DNA of 64,000 bases, from the NCBI GenBank assembly GCA_963802675.1, contig CAWDJL010000005.1, forward strand, positions 595,896 through 659,895. Reading direction: 5' to 3'. The DNA comes from an uncultured Acidobacteriota bacterium. Its GTDB lineage: Bacteria; Acidobacteriota; Vicinamibacteria; Vicinamibacterales; UBA2999. The translations under genes were made by a program, and so were the position numbers. The notes beneath the pieces are model-generated. The model saw only the letters and a program-made list of their open reading frames with translations, made no database searches and was not told the origin of the DNA. How positions within the stretch are numbered: position 1 is the first letter of the stretch; each line of letters starts with the position of its first letter. This document shows, piece by piece, positions 11,819 through 22,701 of this stretch.

Positions 11819-13565
11819 CCTCTCTCGCACGCACACCTGTGGTGGCCTTCGCGCCGCCGACGTCGGGGCGAATGTCACGCTGCTCGGCTGGGTGCATCGT
11901 GTTCGCGACCTCGGCTCGCTCGTCTTTCTCGACTTGCGCGATCGCGATGGCCACACACAAGTGATCGTCGAAGGCGACGCCGACCTGCTCGAACGGACCA
12001 AGCGCTTGCGATCGGAGTTCGTGGTGGCTGTCCTGGGACAGGTCGAGCGACGCTCTAACGACACCATCAATGCCAATGTGCCGACCGGCGAGGTCGAAGT
12101 CCGCGCCCGCGACCTGCGGGTTCTCAACGAAGCCAGGACGCCGCCGTTCCCGATTTCCGAGGAAGCGAACGTCGCCGAGGAAACACGCCTGAAGTATCGC
12201 TATCTCGATTTGCGTCGCCCACGACTCAACGAGAACATCGGCCTCCGGCACCGCATCACCCTCGCGATGAGGAACTATTTCAACGGGCAGGGATTCTGGG
12301 AGATCGAAACGCCGATTCTCACCAAGTCGACGCCCGAAGGTGCACGCGACTTCCTGGTGCCAAGCCGCGTCCATCCCGGCGAATTCTTCGCGCTCCCGCA
12401 GTCGCCGCAGATCTTCAAGCAGATCCTGATGATCTCGGGGATGGACCGCTACGTTCAGTTCGCGCGGTGCTTTCGTGACGAAGATCAGCGTGCCGATCGA
12501 CAGCTCGAGTTCACCCAAGTGGACCTGGAGATGTCGTTCGCAACCCCGACCCTCGTCTACGACGTGGTCGAAGGTGCGCTGGCGACCGCGTTCGACGTCA
12601 TTGGCGTCTCGGTGACGCGTCCGTTTCGACGGATGCGCTACGCGGAGGCGATTGCGCGCTACGGGACCGACAAACCGGATCTGAGGGTTGGGCTCGAAAT
12701 TCAAGACTTCGGGCCGCTGTTCAGCGAGTCACCCTTTGGCATTTTCCGCGAGGCGATCGCGCACGGTGGCACCGTGCGAGGGTTTGTCATCCCGGGTGGA
12801 GCCAAGTTCTCCCGTCGTGAGCTCGACGAGCTGGCCGAACAAGCCAAGCAATTGGGAGCAGCTGGCCTGGTCTGGGCCCGGCGCAGTGCCGACGGCGTGC
12901 AGTCGTCGGCGAAGGCGATCGGCGAGGCAGGGATTCGATCGGGGCTGGAGACGGCAGGCGCCACGTCGGACGACCTGCTCGTCATGGCCTCCGGCGCCGG
13001 CGACGCCATCTCGAAGATCCTGGGACAGCTCCGGCTTCATGTCGCGAAGAAGCTGAACCTGACAGCGAACAACCGCTGGGAGCTGCTCTGGGTCACCGAC
13101 TTTCCGTTGTTCGATTGGAATGCGGGCGAGCGGCGTTGGGAGTCGGTCAACCATCCGTTTACGGCACCGCGCGAAGAGGATCTCGATCGCCTGGAGTCGG
13201 AACCTGGGGCCGTCCTCGCCAAAGCCTACGACGTGATTCTCAATGGTTGGGAGTTGGGAGGCGGCAGCATCCGCATTCACGATCGCGAGACACAGGCCAG
13301 GGTCTTTCGTTTGCTCGGCCTGTCCGACGAAGAAGCCCGTGACCGATTTGGGTTCTTTCTGGAGGCGCTCGAGTACGGGACCCCCCCCCACGGCGGGTTG
13401 GCGCTCGGTCTCGATCGAATTTGCGCCCTGCTCGCCGGTGAATCGTCGATCCGCGAAGTCATTGCGTTTCCCAAGACCACCGCAGCCGTCGATCTCATGG
13501 CGGATGCGCCCTCGAAGGTGGATCCCCGCCAACTGCGGGAACTGCGGATCCGGACCCTGTCTTGA
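11799..13565 (+). CDS. aspS: aspartate--tRNA ligase
   Basis: 588 aa with GWVHRVRDLGSLVFLDLRDRDG, FRDEDQRADRQLEFTQVD, GGGSIRIHD and HGGLALGLDR. 20-nt overlap with hisS. Confidence 0.97.
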   Translation: MAEQLGNLSRTHTCGGLRAADVGANVTLLGWVHRVRDLGSLVFLDLRDRDGHTQVIVEGDADLLERTKRLRSEFVVAVLGQVERRSNDTINANVPTGEVEVRARDLRVLNEARTPPFPISEEANVAEETRLKYRYLDLRRPRLNENIGLRHRITLAMRNYFNGQGFWEIETPILTKSTPEGARDFLVPSRVHPGEFFALPQSPQIFKQILMISGMDRYVQFARCFRDEDQRADRQLEFTQVDLEMSFATPTLVYDVVEGALATAFDVIGVSVTRPFRRMRYAEAIARYGTDKPDLRVGLEIQDFGPLFSESPFGIFREAIAHGGTVRGFVIPGGAKFSRRELDELAEQAKQLGAAGLVWARRSADGVQSSAKAIGEAGIRSGLETAGATSDDLLVMASGAGDAISKILGQLRLHVAKKLNLTANNRWELLWVTDFPLFDWNAGERRWESVNHPFTAPREEDLDRLESEPGAVLAKAYDVILNGWELGGGSIRIHDRETQARVFRLLGLSDEEARDRFGFFLEALEYGTPPHGGLALGLDRICALLAGESSIREVIAFPKTTAAVDLMADAPSKVDPRQLRELRIRTLS

Positions 13566-13692
13566 CGGGTTCTGGCCGCGTTTGCTAGGATCCTCCTTTC
13601 GGCGCTTCTAAATAGCTGAAATACAAGGGGATACGCGAATCCAGACGGCTCCGCTGCGGAAGATCTCGGTTCCAGAGGCCGCTCTCGAGACC

Positions 13693-14634
13693 TTGTTCGG
13701 GTCTCACGACGAAAACCTCCGTCACCTCGAATCGCTTCTCAAGGTTCACGTTCGCACCCAAGGTAACGACCTCCTCGTCGAGGGCGAGCCGGCCGATACG
13801 GCTCGTGTTGCCCAGGTCGTGGCGCAGATTGCCGCGCTGCTGGAAGAGGGGCACGCGATGTCGGCGCGGGATGTGAAGACCGCGACGCAACTGGTCGCCG
13901 AGGATCCCAACGTCGACCTGCGCGAGCACTTCCTCAAGGGCGGACAGCTTCGACAGGTCGGCAAGCGCCGGATCACCGCGAAGTCGGCCAATCAGCGCAA
14001 GTATCTCGATGCCATCGAGGAGTACGACATCGTCTTTGGTATCGGACCCGCCGGCACGGGCAAGACCTACCTGGCGATGGCGCAGGCGGTGAACTATCTC
14101 CTGGCGAAGAAGGTCAGCCGGATTATCCTGGCGCGCCCGGCGGTGGAAGCGGGCGAGAAGCTGGGCTTTCTCCCTGGTGATCTTCAAGAGAAGGTCAATC
14201 CCTATCTCCGTCCGCTGTACGACGCCCTCTACGACATGATGGAGGTCGAGAAGGCCGAGCGACTGCTCGAGCGAGGCACCATCGAAGTCGCGCCGATCGC
14301 GTTCATGCGTGGCCGCACGCTGAACGACGCGTTTGTGATCCTCGACGAAGCGCAGAACACCACCAGCGAGCAGATGAAGATGTTCTTGACGCGCCTGGGT
14401 TTTGGATCCAAGGCGGTCGTGACCGGTGACATCACGCAGGTCGATCTGCCAGCGGGCAGGACTTCCGGCCTCATCGAGGCGATGCACGTCGTCGACAAGA
14501 TCGAGGGCATTGCGTTCATCCATTTCGACGAGCGCGATGTCGTACGGCACAAGCTGGTTCAAGCGATCGTGAAGGCGTACGAATCCTTCGGTGACGGCGC
14601 CCAGGCCCCGCGCGAGGGTCGACGCCCAGCCTGA
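13693..14634 (+). CDS. PhoH-family ATPase (YbeZ-like); the true start is probably upstream at a non-canonical codon
   Basis: [15 protein letters not shown] (Walker A), [19 protein letters not shown] and FVILDEAQN. The frame is open back to 13612 but has no ATG/GTG/TTG before the TTG at 13693. Confidence 0.88.
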   Translation: MFGSHDENLRHLESLLKVHVRTQGNDLLVEGEPADTARVAQVVAQIAALLEEGHAMSARDVKTATQLVAEDPNVDLREHFLKGGQLRQVGKRRITAKSANQRKYLDAIEEYDIVFGIGPAGTGKTYLAMAQAVNYLLAKKVSRIILARPAVEAGEKLGFLPGDLQEKVNPYLRPLYDALYDMMEVEKAERLLERGTIEVAPIAFMRGRTLNDAFVILDEAQNTTSEQMKMFLTRLGFGSKAVVTGDITQVDLPAGRTSGLIEAMHVVDKIEGIAFIHFDERDVVRHKLVQAIVKAYESFGDGAQAPREGRRPA

Positions 14635-14645
14635 CCACAGGTCCT

Positions 14646-15167
14646 ATGCCGAACGGAACCCCACGCCACCGGGCGGCCGGCCGCGGGCGGGTCATGGTCA
14701 ACATTGCCGCGCCGGACGGCGGGCGAGTACCGACTCGCGGCCTCGCCCGCTGGCTCGAGCAGGCTTCGCCCGTGCGGGCTCGTGGCGAGGTCACGATTGC
14801 CCTTGTCAGCGACGGGCGAATGCGCGCGCTCAATCGATCGTTTCGCGGCAAGGACTATGCGACCGACGTGCTGTCCTTTCCGGCGCGGCCGCGCGGCCGC
14901 GCCCGCGCGTCGATGCCCGCAATCGGATCTCACGCGGAATCGGTCGCGTATCTGGGCGACGTGGTCATCGCCATCGGGGTCGCGAATCGACAGGCGGACG
15001 AGGCCGGCCATTCACTCGGCGTCGAATTGCGAGTCCTGGCGCTGCACGGCCTCTTGCACCTGTTGGGATACGATCATGAATCGGACGCTGGACGGATGGC
15101 CCGCGTCGAGGCTCGTCTGCGCAGGCGAGGGGGCTTGAAAGAGGGACTCATCGAGCGCCGTCGATGA
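14646..15167 (+). CDS. ybeY: rRNA maturation endoribonuclease YbeY
   Basis: 173 aa with DVLSFP and the zinc motif HGLLHLLGYDH. Confidence 0.9.
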   Translation: MPNGTPRHRAAGRGRVMVNIAAPDGGRVPTRGLARWLEQASPVRARGEVTIALVSDGRMRALNRSFRGKDYATDVLSFPARPRGRARASMPAIGSHAESVAYLGDVVIAIGVANRQADEAGHSLGVELRVLALHGLLHLLGYDHESDAGRMARVEARLRRRGGLKEGLIERRR

Positions 15168-16412
15168 CCCCGCTCCTTTTATTCCTCCTGGGGTTGATCG
15201 CGGTCTATGTGAGCACCGTGACGACCGCGTTCAGCGCGCTCATGCGGCTGTCGCTGCGCCTGCTGGCCGAGGGCGGCGGTCGAAGCGAGCCGCTTCGCAG
15301 GTATCTCGACGAACCCCTGCGGCTCTTCATCCCTGGGCGGTTTATCCTCGCCATTATCACCGTCGTTGCCGCCAGCCTGCTGGCACGGGTCACAGGGGTC
15401 GATGCCGCGCGCGGGCTGCCGCTGCTGATTCTCGGAACCGTCCTCTTCGTGTTGATCTGCGAGCACATCGCGCCGCTCGCCATCGTGCGCCGCAATCCGG
15501 AGCGTGTCCTCGAAGTGCTCCTGCCCTCGTTCGAAACCATTGCCCGCCTCTTGCTGCCGTTGACCGTCGCTCTCCACCGCCTGGCGGTGAGCCGAAAGGA
15601 GCGCTCAGGGACCGCCCCGATCGAGCCCGAGAAACCGGCGGCGGACGTGGCCGCTCCGCAAGGCGACTCGGATGACCTGCAGCAAGGTCAGGCGCGCGAG
15701 CTGCTGCGCTCGCTCGTCGAATTCCGCGAGACGATGGTTCGCGAAGTGATGACACCGCGGCCGGATGTCATTGCCATCGAAGCCAAGGCAACCATTGGTG
15801 ATCTGATCGCGCTGGCGCGCGAGCAGCAGTACCTCGCGCGTTCCCGTGTTCAACGAGTCGTTGGACAACATCGTCGGGTTCATCACGATCAAAGACCTGA
15901 TTCAGCTCGAGCCGTCGGACCTGTCGCAGCCCATCACGCCCCTGATTCGCCCGGCACACTTCGTGCCGGAGTCCAAACGCGTGCCGGAGCTCCTGAAGGA
16001 GTTCCAACGAAAGCGGATTCAAGCGGCAGTGGTCGTGGACGAGTACGGGGGAACGGCAGGACTCGTCACGATTGAAGATTTGCTCGAGGAAATCGTCGGT
16101 GAGATCCGCGACGAGTACGACGTCGAGGTTGAGCCCGTGCTCGCCGAGCAGGATGGCAGCTTCGTCTTCAGTGGCCGCACCCATGTCCGCGAGCTCGCGG
16201 AGCGCCTCAAGATCGATGTCGAGAACGAGGGCTACGAGACCGTGGGCGGGTATCTGCTCGCTCATGTCGGGCGGGTGCCACACGTTGGCGAAGCCTTCGA
16301 GTTGGACGGCCTGGCGGTTGAGGTGCTCGAGGCCGAACGGCGGCGGATCACGCGGGTTCGGGTGCGCCGGCTGGAAGGGGAACCGGCGGTGGCCGGAGAG
16401 ACCACCGAGTGA
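15164..16412 (+). pseudogene. CNNM/DUF21 - CBS pair - CorC_HlyC family protein (TlyC/CorC-type), split by an apparent +1 frameshift near 15833
   Basis: ORF 15164..16075 (TM region, MTPRPDV) and ORF 15846..16412 (FNESLDNIVGFI, VVDEYGGTAGLVTIEDLLEEIVGEI). Joining at EQQY/SRVPVFNE requires dropping one C of tacCtcg. Confidence 0.85.
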
Positions 16413-17311
16413 AGAGTGGATTCGTGGCGCTCGTCGGCCGCCCCAACGCCGGCAAGTCCACGTTGATGAATCGATTGGTCGGCCAGAAGGTCGCGATCGT
16501 TTCGAACAAGCCCCAGACCACACGAAACCGCATTACCGGCGTTCGCACCTACCCCGAGGGCCAGGTCGTATTCGTCGACACGCCGGGAGTCCACCGGCCG
16601 CTCCATCGGCTCAACGTACGAATGGTCGACACGGCCATGACGGCGCTTCGCGAGGTTGACGTCGTCGTCGTCCTCGTCGATGCCAGCGAACCAGCGGGCG
16701 GAGGCGATCGCTTCCTGATGGATGCGGTGCGCCGGGTCAAGACGCCAAGAATCCTTGCGCTCAACAAGGTCGATTTGATTGCGAAAGAAGCCCTGCTGCC
16801 GCAGATCGAGCACTACGATCGCGCCGTCGGCTTCGCCGACATCGTGCCGATCTCGGCGCGGAGCGGCGCAAACGTGGATCGCCTGGAGAAACTCATTCTC
16901 TCGCACCTTCCGGAAGGATCTCCTCTTTATCCCGAGGACCACCTGACCGATCAGCCCGAGCGTTTCTTCGTAGCGGAGCTGGTGCGCGAACAAGTGTTGC
17001 AGCACACCCACGCCGAGTTGCCCTTTGCGTCAGCAGTCATCGTCGACCGATTCGAGGAGCCGGACGACAAGGGCATCCTGCGTCTCTACTGCACGATCCT
17101 CGTCGAGCGCGAATCGCAGAAGCCGATCGTGGTTGGCAGGGGCGGATCCATGATCAAGACCATCGGGACCGCCGCGCGGCACGAGTTGGAGCGATTCTTC
17201 GAGACCCGAGTCTTTCTCGATCTCCATGTCAAGGTCCGCGCCGACTGGCGCGAGGACGATCGCAGCCTCGACGAACTCGGACTCACGAAAGCGCGTCGCC
17301 GGCGACCGTAA
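16409..17311 (+). CDS. era: GTPase Era
   Basis: 300 aa with GRPNAGKSTLMN, DTPG and NKVD, plus a KH-domain C-terminus. GTGA overlap with the upstream gene. Confidence 0.97.
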   Translation: MKSGFVALVGRPNAGKSTLMNRLVGQKVAIVSNKPQTTRNRITGVRTYPEGQVVFVDTPGVHRPLHRLNVRMVDTAMTALREVDVVVVLVDASEPAGGGDRFLMDAVRRVKTPRILALNKVDLIAKEALLPQIEHYDRAVGFADIVPISARSGANVDRLEKLILSHLPEGSPLYPEDHLTDQPERFFVAELVREQVLQHTHAELPFASAVIVDRFEEPDDKGILRLYCTILVERESQKPIVVGRGGSMIKTIGTAARHELERFFETRVFLDLHVKVRADWREDDRSLDELGLTKARRRRP

Positions 17312-17326
17312 CTTCGTGTTACATTT

Positions 17327-17353
17327 CCTCGGTTGTGCAGTGCGCAACCGAGG
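17327..17353 (+). terminator. stem-loop after era (no U-tract)
   Basis: CCTCGGTTG-tgcagtgcg-CAACCGAGG, a 9-bp perfect stem. Confidence 0.3.
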
Positions 17354-17361
17354 CAATCTGA

Positions 17362-18729
17362 ATGGCTCCGCAGCGCAGAATTGATGTCGTCCTCGATTCG
17401 GTCAAACGACTGCTCCGCATCGGCGCGACGGCCAACCTGCTGAATTTGCTGCAAAAGCAGCATCCGGCCGACCTGGCGCAGATCTTCAAGAGCCTTCTCG
17501 ACAACGAACGGCAGGCGGTTTTCAACATCCTCATCGAGCGCAACGGGCGGCTGGCCATGGAAACGGTCAGCGAAATGGGGCCCGAGAGCGCCGCGCAACT
17601 GCTGACGGGGCGCCCGGCTGACGAGATCGCCAAGCTCCTGCAGGAGATTCCCTCGGATGACGCCGCGGCACTGATCGATCACTTGCCAGAAGAGCTGTCC
17701 TCCGAAGTCCTGGAGCTCATGCGACGCAGGGAATCGGGGCAGGTCGAGAGCCTGCTCGAGTACGGCGAGCAGACCGCGGGTCGCATCATGAACCCGAGCG
17801 TCTTCGCGCTCGGCGAGGACTTGACGGTCGGCGAATCCATCACTGCGCTTCAAAACGCCCGCGACGTGGAGATGGTCTTTTATCTCTATGTCGTCGATGC
17901 GCGGCGGCACCTCGTCGGCGTGACGTCCCTGCGACGACTGCTGCTCGTCTCCCCGGAGACGCCGCTGAAACGCATCATGACCCCCGAACTCATCAGCGTT
18001 CGCGACGATACCGATCAGGAAGAGGTGGCCCGGCTGGTCGCCTCCTACAACCTGCTGGCAGTCCCGGTCGTGGATGAGGAGAACAAACTCGTCGGCGTCA
18101 TCACCGTGGATGACGTGATCGACGTCATCAAAGACGAAGCGACCGAAGACTTGATGCGACTCGCCGGTCTTTCTGGCGACGAACGGGTTGCGACGCCACC
18201 GCTCGAAGCACTCCGAAAGCGTCTCCCGTGGCTGGGCGTCAATCTTGTGACGGCTTTTGTGGCGGCGTCGGTGGTCGCGCTGTTCGAAGGCACGATCAGT
18301 CGCGTCACCGCGCTGGCGGTGTTCATGCCGATCGTGGCTGGCATGGGTGGCAACGCGGCAACGCAGACGCTGACGGTCATCGTCCGTGGTCTGGCACTTG
18401 GCGAACTGTCCTGGAGCAACGCTCGCAAGGTGCTCTTCAAGGAAGCAGCGATTGGGCTCGTGCTGGGGATCGCCTTGGGCATCACCGCTGCCGGCGTCGC
18501 GACGGTGACCAAACGGGACCCGATGCTCGGGCTTCTTCTGGGCATGGCGATGATCTGCAACATGCTGGTCGCCACGGTCGCGGGTACCTTGGTGCCGTTG
18601 GGCCTGAAGGCCCTTCGCATCGATCCGGCGCTGGCTTCGTCGGTGTTCATCACCACGTTCACGGACGTGGTCGGCTTCGCATCGTTCCTCGGCCTCGCGA
18701 CCATCTTCATCCGCTATCTGGCACCGTGA
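17362..18729 (+). CDS. mgtE: magnesium transporter MgtE
   Basis: 455 aa with the N-domain, a CBS pair (VVDARRHLVGVTSLRRLL, VVDEENKLVGVITVDDVIDV) and a TM domain with GMGGNAATQT. Confidence 0.95.
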   Translation: MAPQRRIDVVLDSVKRLLRIGATANLLNLLQKQHPADLAQIFKSLLDNERQAVFNILIERNGRLAMETVSEMGPESAAQLLTGRPADEIAKLLQEIPSDDAAALIDHLPEELSSEVLELMRRRESGQVESLLEYGEQTAGRIMNPSVFALGEDLTVGESITALQNARDVEMVFYLYVVDARRHLVGVTSLRRLLLVSPETPLKRIMTPELISVRDDTDQEEVARLVASYNLLAVPVVDEENKLVGVITVDDVIDVIKDEATEDLMRLAGLSGDERVATPPLEALRKRLPWLGVNLVTAFVAASVVALFEGTISRVTALAVFMPIVAGMGGNAATQTLTVIVRGLALGELSWSNARKVLFKEAAIGLVLGIALGITAAGVATVTKRDPMLGLLLGMAMICNMLVATVAGTLVPLGLKALRIDPALASSVFITTFTDVVGFASFLGLATIFIRYLAP

Positions 18730-18754
18730 CGTGGGCTGTAGAATTGAAAACCTA

Positions 18755-18834
18755 AGGGCGGGTTGGTCGAGTCAGGCAGGTAGGGCGGGTGAAGGCCGCC
18801 ACCAGACCTACCCGACCCACCAGCCCCACCCGAC
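18755..18834. repeat. inverted word array (CAGGCAGGTAGGGC ... CCTACCCG)
   Basis: gtcaggcaggtagggcgggtg aaggccgc caccagacctacccgacccaccagccccacccgac. GTAG/CTAC heads. Shares its word with 9427-9470. Confidence 0.8.
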
Positions 18835-18839
18835 TCAAG

Positions 18840-19493
18840 ATGCCGCTGTATACAGCCGACGCACTGGTGCTTCGAACCTATAAGCTGGCCGAGGCGGATC
18901 GCATCGTCGTGTTCCTGACACGCGATCGCGGCAAGAAGCGCGGGGTCGCGCCGCACGCGCGGCGTGCGAAGTCACGCTTCAGGGGAGCGCTCGAACCCTT
19001 GACCGAAGTCCGGCTGGCGTATTTCGAGCGCGAACGTCGGGAGTTGGTCAATTTGAACTACGCCGAACCGGTCCGGTCGCCCCTGTCGTCGGCGAGCCCT
19101 GAGAACCTGGCGTATAGCCATTACTTTGCCGAGCTCATCGACGCCTGGGCCGCCGACGCGGACGCGGACGAACGGCTGTTCCGACTGGGGTGCTCGGTGC
19201 TTGACGCGCTTTCTGCCGGCATGGCCTGTGACGCACTCGCGCGGTACTTCGAGTGTTGGTTGCTCCGACTCCAGGGGGTTTATCCATCGAACCTTTCGCT
19301 CTCTCAAGGCGCGCTCGCGTTCGTTGATGCGACGCGTCAGGTCACGCCGGCGGAGGCTGGGCACCTCGGGGCCCCGGCGGTGGTGTTGCGGGAGCTCGAG
19401 CTGAAACACCAGGCTCTCATCACGTCACATCTCGAGAAGGAGCTGAAGTCGATACGCGTGATGAATGAGCTGCGGCGACTCCCAGAGCAGTGA
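18840..19493 (+). CDS. recO: DNA repair protein RecO
   Basis: Begins [37 protein letters not shown]. The ATG at 18840 lies after the array, and the longer ORF start at 18789 reads through the repeat. Confidence 0.85.
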   Translation: MPLYTADALVLRTYKLAEADRIVVFLTRDRGKKRGVAPHARRAKSRFRGALEPLTEVRLAYFERERRELVNLNYAEPVRSPLSSASPENLAYSHYFAELIDAWAADADADERLFRLGCSVLDALSAGMACDALARYFECWLLRLQGVYPSNLSLSQGALAFVDATRQVTPAEAGHLGAPAVVLRELELKHQALITSHLEKELKSIRVMNELRRLPEQ

Positions 19494-20389
19494 CCCTCCA
19501 AGATCTCATTCTCAAACTTTCTGCGTTCTGGGCCTCGCGTGGCTGTCTGATTCAGCAGCCGTTGGACCTGGAAGTGGGGGCGGGTACGTCTCATCCAGAG
19601 ACGCTGTTCCGTGTACTCGGCCCTCGTCCCTGGAATGTGGCGTACGTGCAACCGACGCGGCGTCCCGACGACGGACGCTTCGGTCAGAACCCGAACCGGC
19701 TGTTCAAGCACCTGCAGATGCAGGTGATCCTCAAGCCGGCGCCAGACGAAGTGCAGCAGATCTACCTGGACAGCCTCGAGGCGTGTGGTATCAACCCTCG
19801 CCAACACGACATCCGTTTCGAAGAAGACAATTGGGAGTCGCCAACGCTCGGAGCGTGGGGCATCGGCTGGCAAGTGATGCTGGACGGCCAGGAGATCACC
19901 CAGTTCACGTACTTCCAGCAGGTCGGTGGGTTGGATCTCGCGCCCGTGTCTGCGGAGATTACCTATGGGCTGGAGCGGATCGCCATGTTCCTCCAGAAGG
20001 TCGATAACGTGTTCGACCTCGAGTGGGGGAGTGGCGTGAAGTATCGCGAGGTCCGACTGCGTGAGGAAATCGAGCAGTCTCGTTACGCGTTCAACCAGGA
20101 CACCACCATCGACGCCGCGACCTTTGCGGCGTTCCATCGTGATTTGTTCGACAAGTACTTCGCATTCGGTGAACGGCTCTTGAAGGGCGGTTTACTGCTG
20201 CCAGCACTGGAGCACTGCTTGCGTTGCTCGCACCTGTTCAACGTGCTGGATTCGAGCGGAAGCATTGGCGTGACCGAACGGACAGCTTATGTCTTGCGCG
20301 TGCGGCAACTCGCGGTGGCGATTTGCAAGCAGTACGCGGCCGAGGAAGAAGCCGCCATGGCCACCGAGCAAGTGGCCGACGAGAACTGA
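19490..20389 (+). CDS. glyQ: glycine--tRNA ligase alpha subunit
   Basis: 299 aa with [35 protein letters not shown] and [12 protein letters not shown]. Confidence 0.97.
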   Translation: MTLQDLILKLSAFWASRGCLIQQPLDLEVGAGTSHPETLFRVLGPRPWNVAYVQPTRRPDDGRFGQNPNRLFKHLQMQVILKPAPDEVQQIYLDSLEACGINPRQHDIRFEEDNWESPTLGAWGIGWQVMLDGQEITQFTYFQQVGGLDLAPVSAEITYGLERIAMFLQKVDNVFDLEWGSGVKYREVRLREEIEQSRYAFNQDTTIDAATFAAFHRDLFDKYFAFGERLLKGGLLLPALEHCLRCSHLFNVLDSSGSIGVTERTAYVLRVRQLAVAICKQYAAEEEAAMATEQVADEN

Positions 20390-20403
20390 TGGTGCGCGAG
20401 TAG

Positions 20404-22618
20404 ATGGATCGAGAACTGCTCATCGAGATTGGCGTCGAAGAGATGCCGGCGTCTTGGCTGCCTGGCGTCACCACTCAGCTGGCCGCGAAGCTGGAGGCCC
20501 GCCTCAAGGAGTTACGGCTCCCTACATCGGCGCCCATCGAGACCTTTAGCACGCCGCGTCGGCTGACCGCGCGCATCGCCAAGCTGGCAGAGCGTCAAAC
20601 CGATTTCGAGGAGATCCTGAACGGCCCACCAGTAACAGCCGCCTTCAATGCCGCTGGCGAGCCGACCCCTGCAGCAATTGGTTTCGCCAAGAGGCACGGA
20701 GTCGAGGTCAGCGCGCTGGAGCGCCTCGAGACGCCCAAGGGGACCTATCTGGCCTTGCGAAAGCAGCATCGGGGCAAAGCAGCCGTTGACGTGCTGCCCG
20801 ACGTGCTGGCAGGGCTGTTGCGGGAGATCGCGTTCCCGAAGCCGATGCGGTGGGACGCGATGCTCGACGATGGCAAGGGCGAGTTGCCGTTCGGTCGGCC
20901 GATTCGGTGGATTCTGTTTCTTTACGGCGGACGCGTCGTCCCGTTCTCGATCTATCGCACGACGCTGGCCCAGGGGCCGCTGGTTCAGGAGGTTCGATCG
21001 GGAGCGGTCACCTTCGGTCATCGCTTCTTGACGACGAGCGGTCGTGCAGGCCGAGCCATCAAAGTCAAAGCGTTCGACGACTATCAAAAGCGGCTGGCCG
21101 AGAATTTCGTCGGTACTCGAACGTACGGAGCGACAGGAACGAGTGGCGCGCGAGCTCGAAGGTGAAGCGCGCCGTCGGGGCGGTCGAGTGTCACGACAAG
21201 CCGGCGGGCAGGCATTACTTCAGGAGGTTCCGGATCTCGTCGAGTATCCAAAGGTCATCTCAGGGGCGTTCCCGGACGAGTTCCTGAGTCTTCCGGAAGA
21301 AGTCCTGACGACGACGATGATTCATCATCAGCACTTTTTCCCGGTGGTGAACGATCAGGGGAAGCTCCTGCCCGTCTTCCTCGCCATTCTCAACATGGAG
21401 GGGGATCGGCCCGACCTTATCGCGCGAAACCTCGAGCGCGTACTCACAGCTCGGCTGCGCGATGCGAGGTTTTTCTGGGATGCTGACCGCGAGCAGCGGC
21501 TCGAGATGCGCGTCGAGCGCTTGGGCACGGTCCTTTTTCACAAGGCGCTCGGCAGCTATGCCGAGAAAGCCGAGCGCATCAGCCAACTTGCCGGTCTCAT
21601 CGCCCGAGACGTGCTGCAGGTCCCGGGGGCAACCGAGCCCGCGCGCGCCGCAGGGCGTCTGGCCAAGGCCGACCAGGCGACCGACATGGTGCGCGAAATG
21701 ACCGAGTTGTCGGGCACGATGGGCGGCATTTACGCACGCGAAGACGGACTGCCAGAGGAGGTGTGGAAGGCCATCTACTTCCACTATCTGCCGGTCGGCG
21801 TGGAAGTGGATGCCCCGCCGACCCGCGAGCAATTGGGCACCGCAACCGCGACCTGGGCCGCAGTCTCCCTCGCCGACAAGCTCGACACCGTGGTCGGGAT
21901 GTTCAGTGCCGGCGAACGGCCAACCGGCACTCGCGATCCGTACGGCTTGCGGCGTGCGGCTCAGGGGCTGGTGCGCGTGCTCGTGGACTTGCCGGAGTTG
22001 ACGGGCCTGCGGGTTCGACCGACGTTCGGCACGATGGTAGGGCTCACACGCTCAGTGCTCCCCCCTGGCCAGGGTGAGTGGGAGCCGGCCCTATACGAGT
22101 TCTTGCTCGATCGACTGCGGTATGTGCTGGCGCAGCGTGGCTTCGATGTACGAAATGTGCGGGCGGTCACTGCTGGTGACGCATCAGGGATTAGCCCCTT
22201 GCAAGCGCGAAGCAAGGTCGAGGTGCTGCCGGAACTGGCCGAATCAGCCGATTTCGCGCAGCTGGCCCTGCTGTTCAAGCGGGTTCGTAACATTGCCCGG
22301 AATTTGCCCGACGGCGCCGGCGGTGAGAGCCTCGATCGAGCGCTCCTGACGCATCCCGCGGAGACGGCGCTTCTCACCGAGATCGATCAGCGTGCGCCCG
22401 CCATCGAAAATGCCGTCGCGTCCGGCCAGGGCTTTCGCCAGGCCTTTGGCGAGGCCGCCACGCTGGCGCCGGCGGTGGCGAAGTTCTTTGACGATGTGCT
22501 GGTGATGGCCGAAGATAAGCGGCTTCGTGAGGCGCGGCTTCGCCTGATGAAACGCCTGGAGACCCTCATCCTTCAACTCGCTGATGTTTCGGAGATCGTT
22601 CCGGAAGAATCCAAATAG
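20404..22618 (+). pseudogene. glyS: glycine--tRNA ligase beta subunit, split by an apparent +1 frameshift near 21112
   Basis: ORF 20404..21165 (LLIEIGVEEMPA, FSTPRRL) and ORF 21044..22618 (EYPKVISGAFPDEFLSLPEEVL). The frames join as AENFV/VLERTERQERV if one G of gtcGgta is dropped. Confidence 0.9.
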
Positions 22619-22701
22619 ACATGGCAAAACGAGTAGTCAAGACGCGCAAGTCTTCATCGACACGGGCATCGAGCCGGCGGAAGTCGAGGCCAAAGAAACC
22701 A

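Noticed and set aside
10433-12127. 564-aa minus-strand ORF antisense to hisS/aspS
   Set aside because: The opposite strand encodes unmistakable HisRS and AspRS. The translation is Arg/Ser/Pro-rich with no motifs, typical of stop-poor antisense frames in high-GC DNA. The same applies to 6346..7839(-), 47002..48210(-), 28204..29403(-), 24322..25299(-), 35534..36769(+), 37300..38274(-), 53425..54297(-) and 62822..63895(-).
22621-22701. Basic 27-aa N-terminal extension of PPDK as real coding sequence
   Set aside because: GC3 is about 54% and the canonical N-terminus begins at an in-frame GTG with an upstream GAGG. It is kept as a low-probability alternative in the findings.
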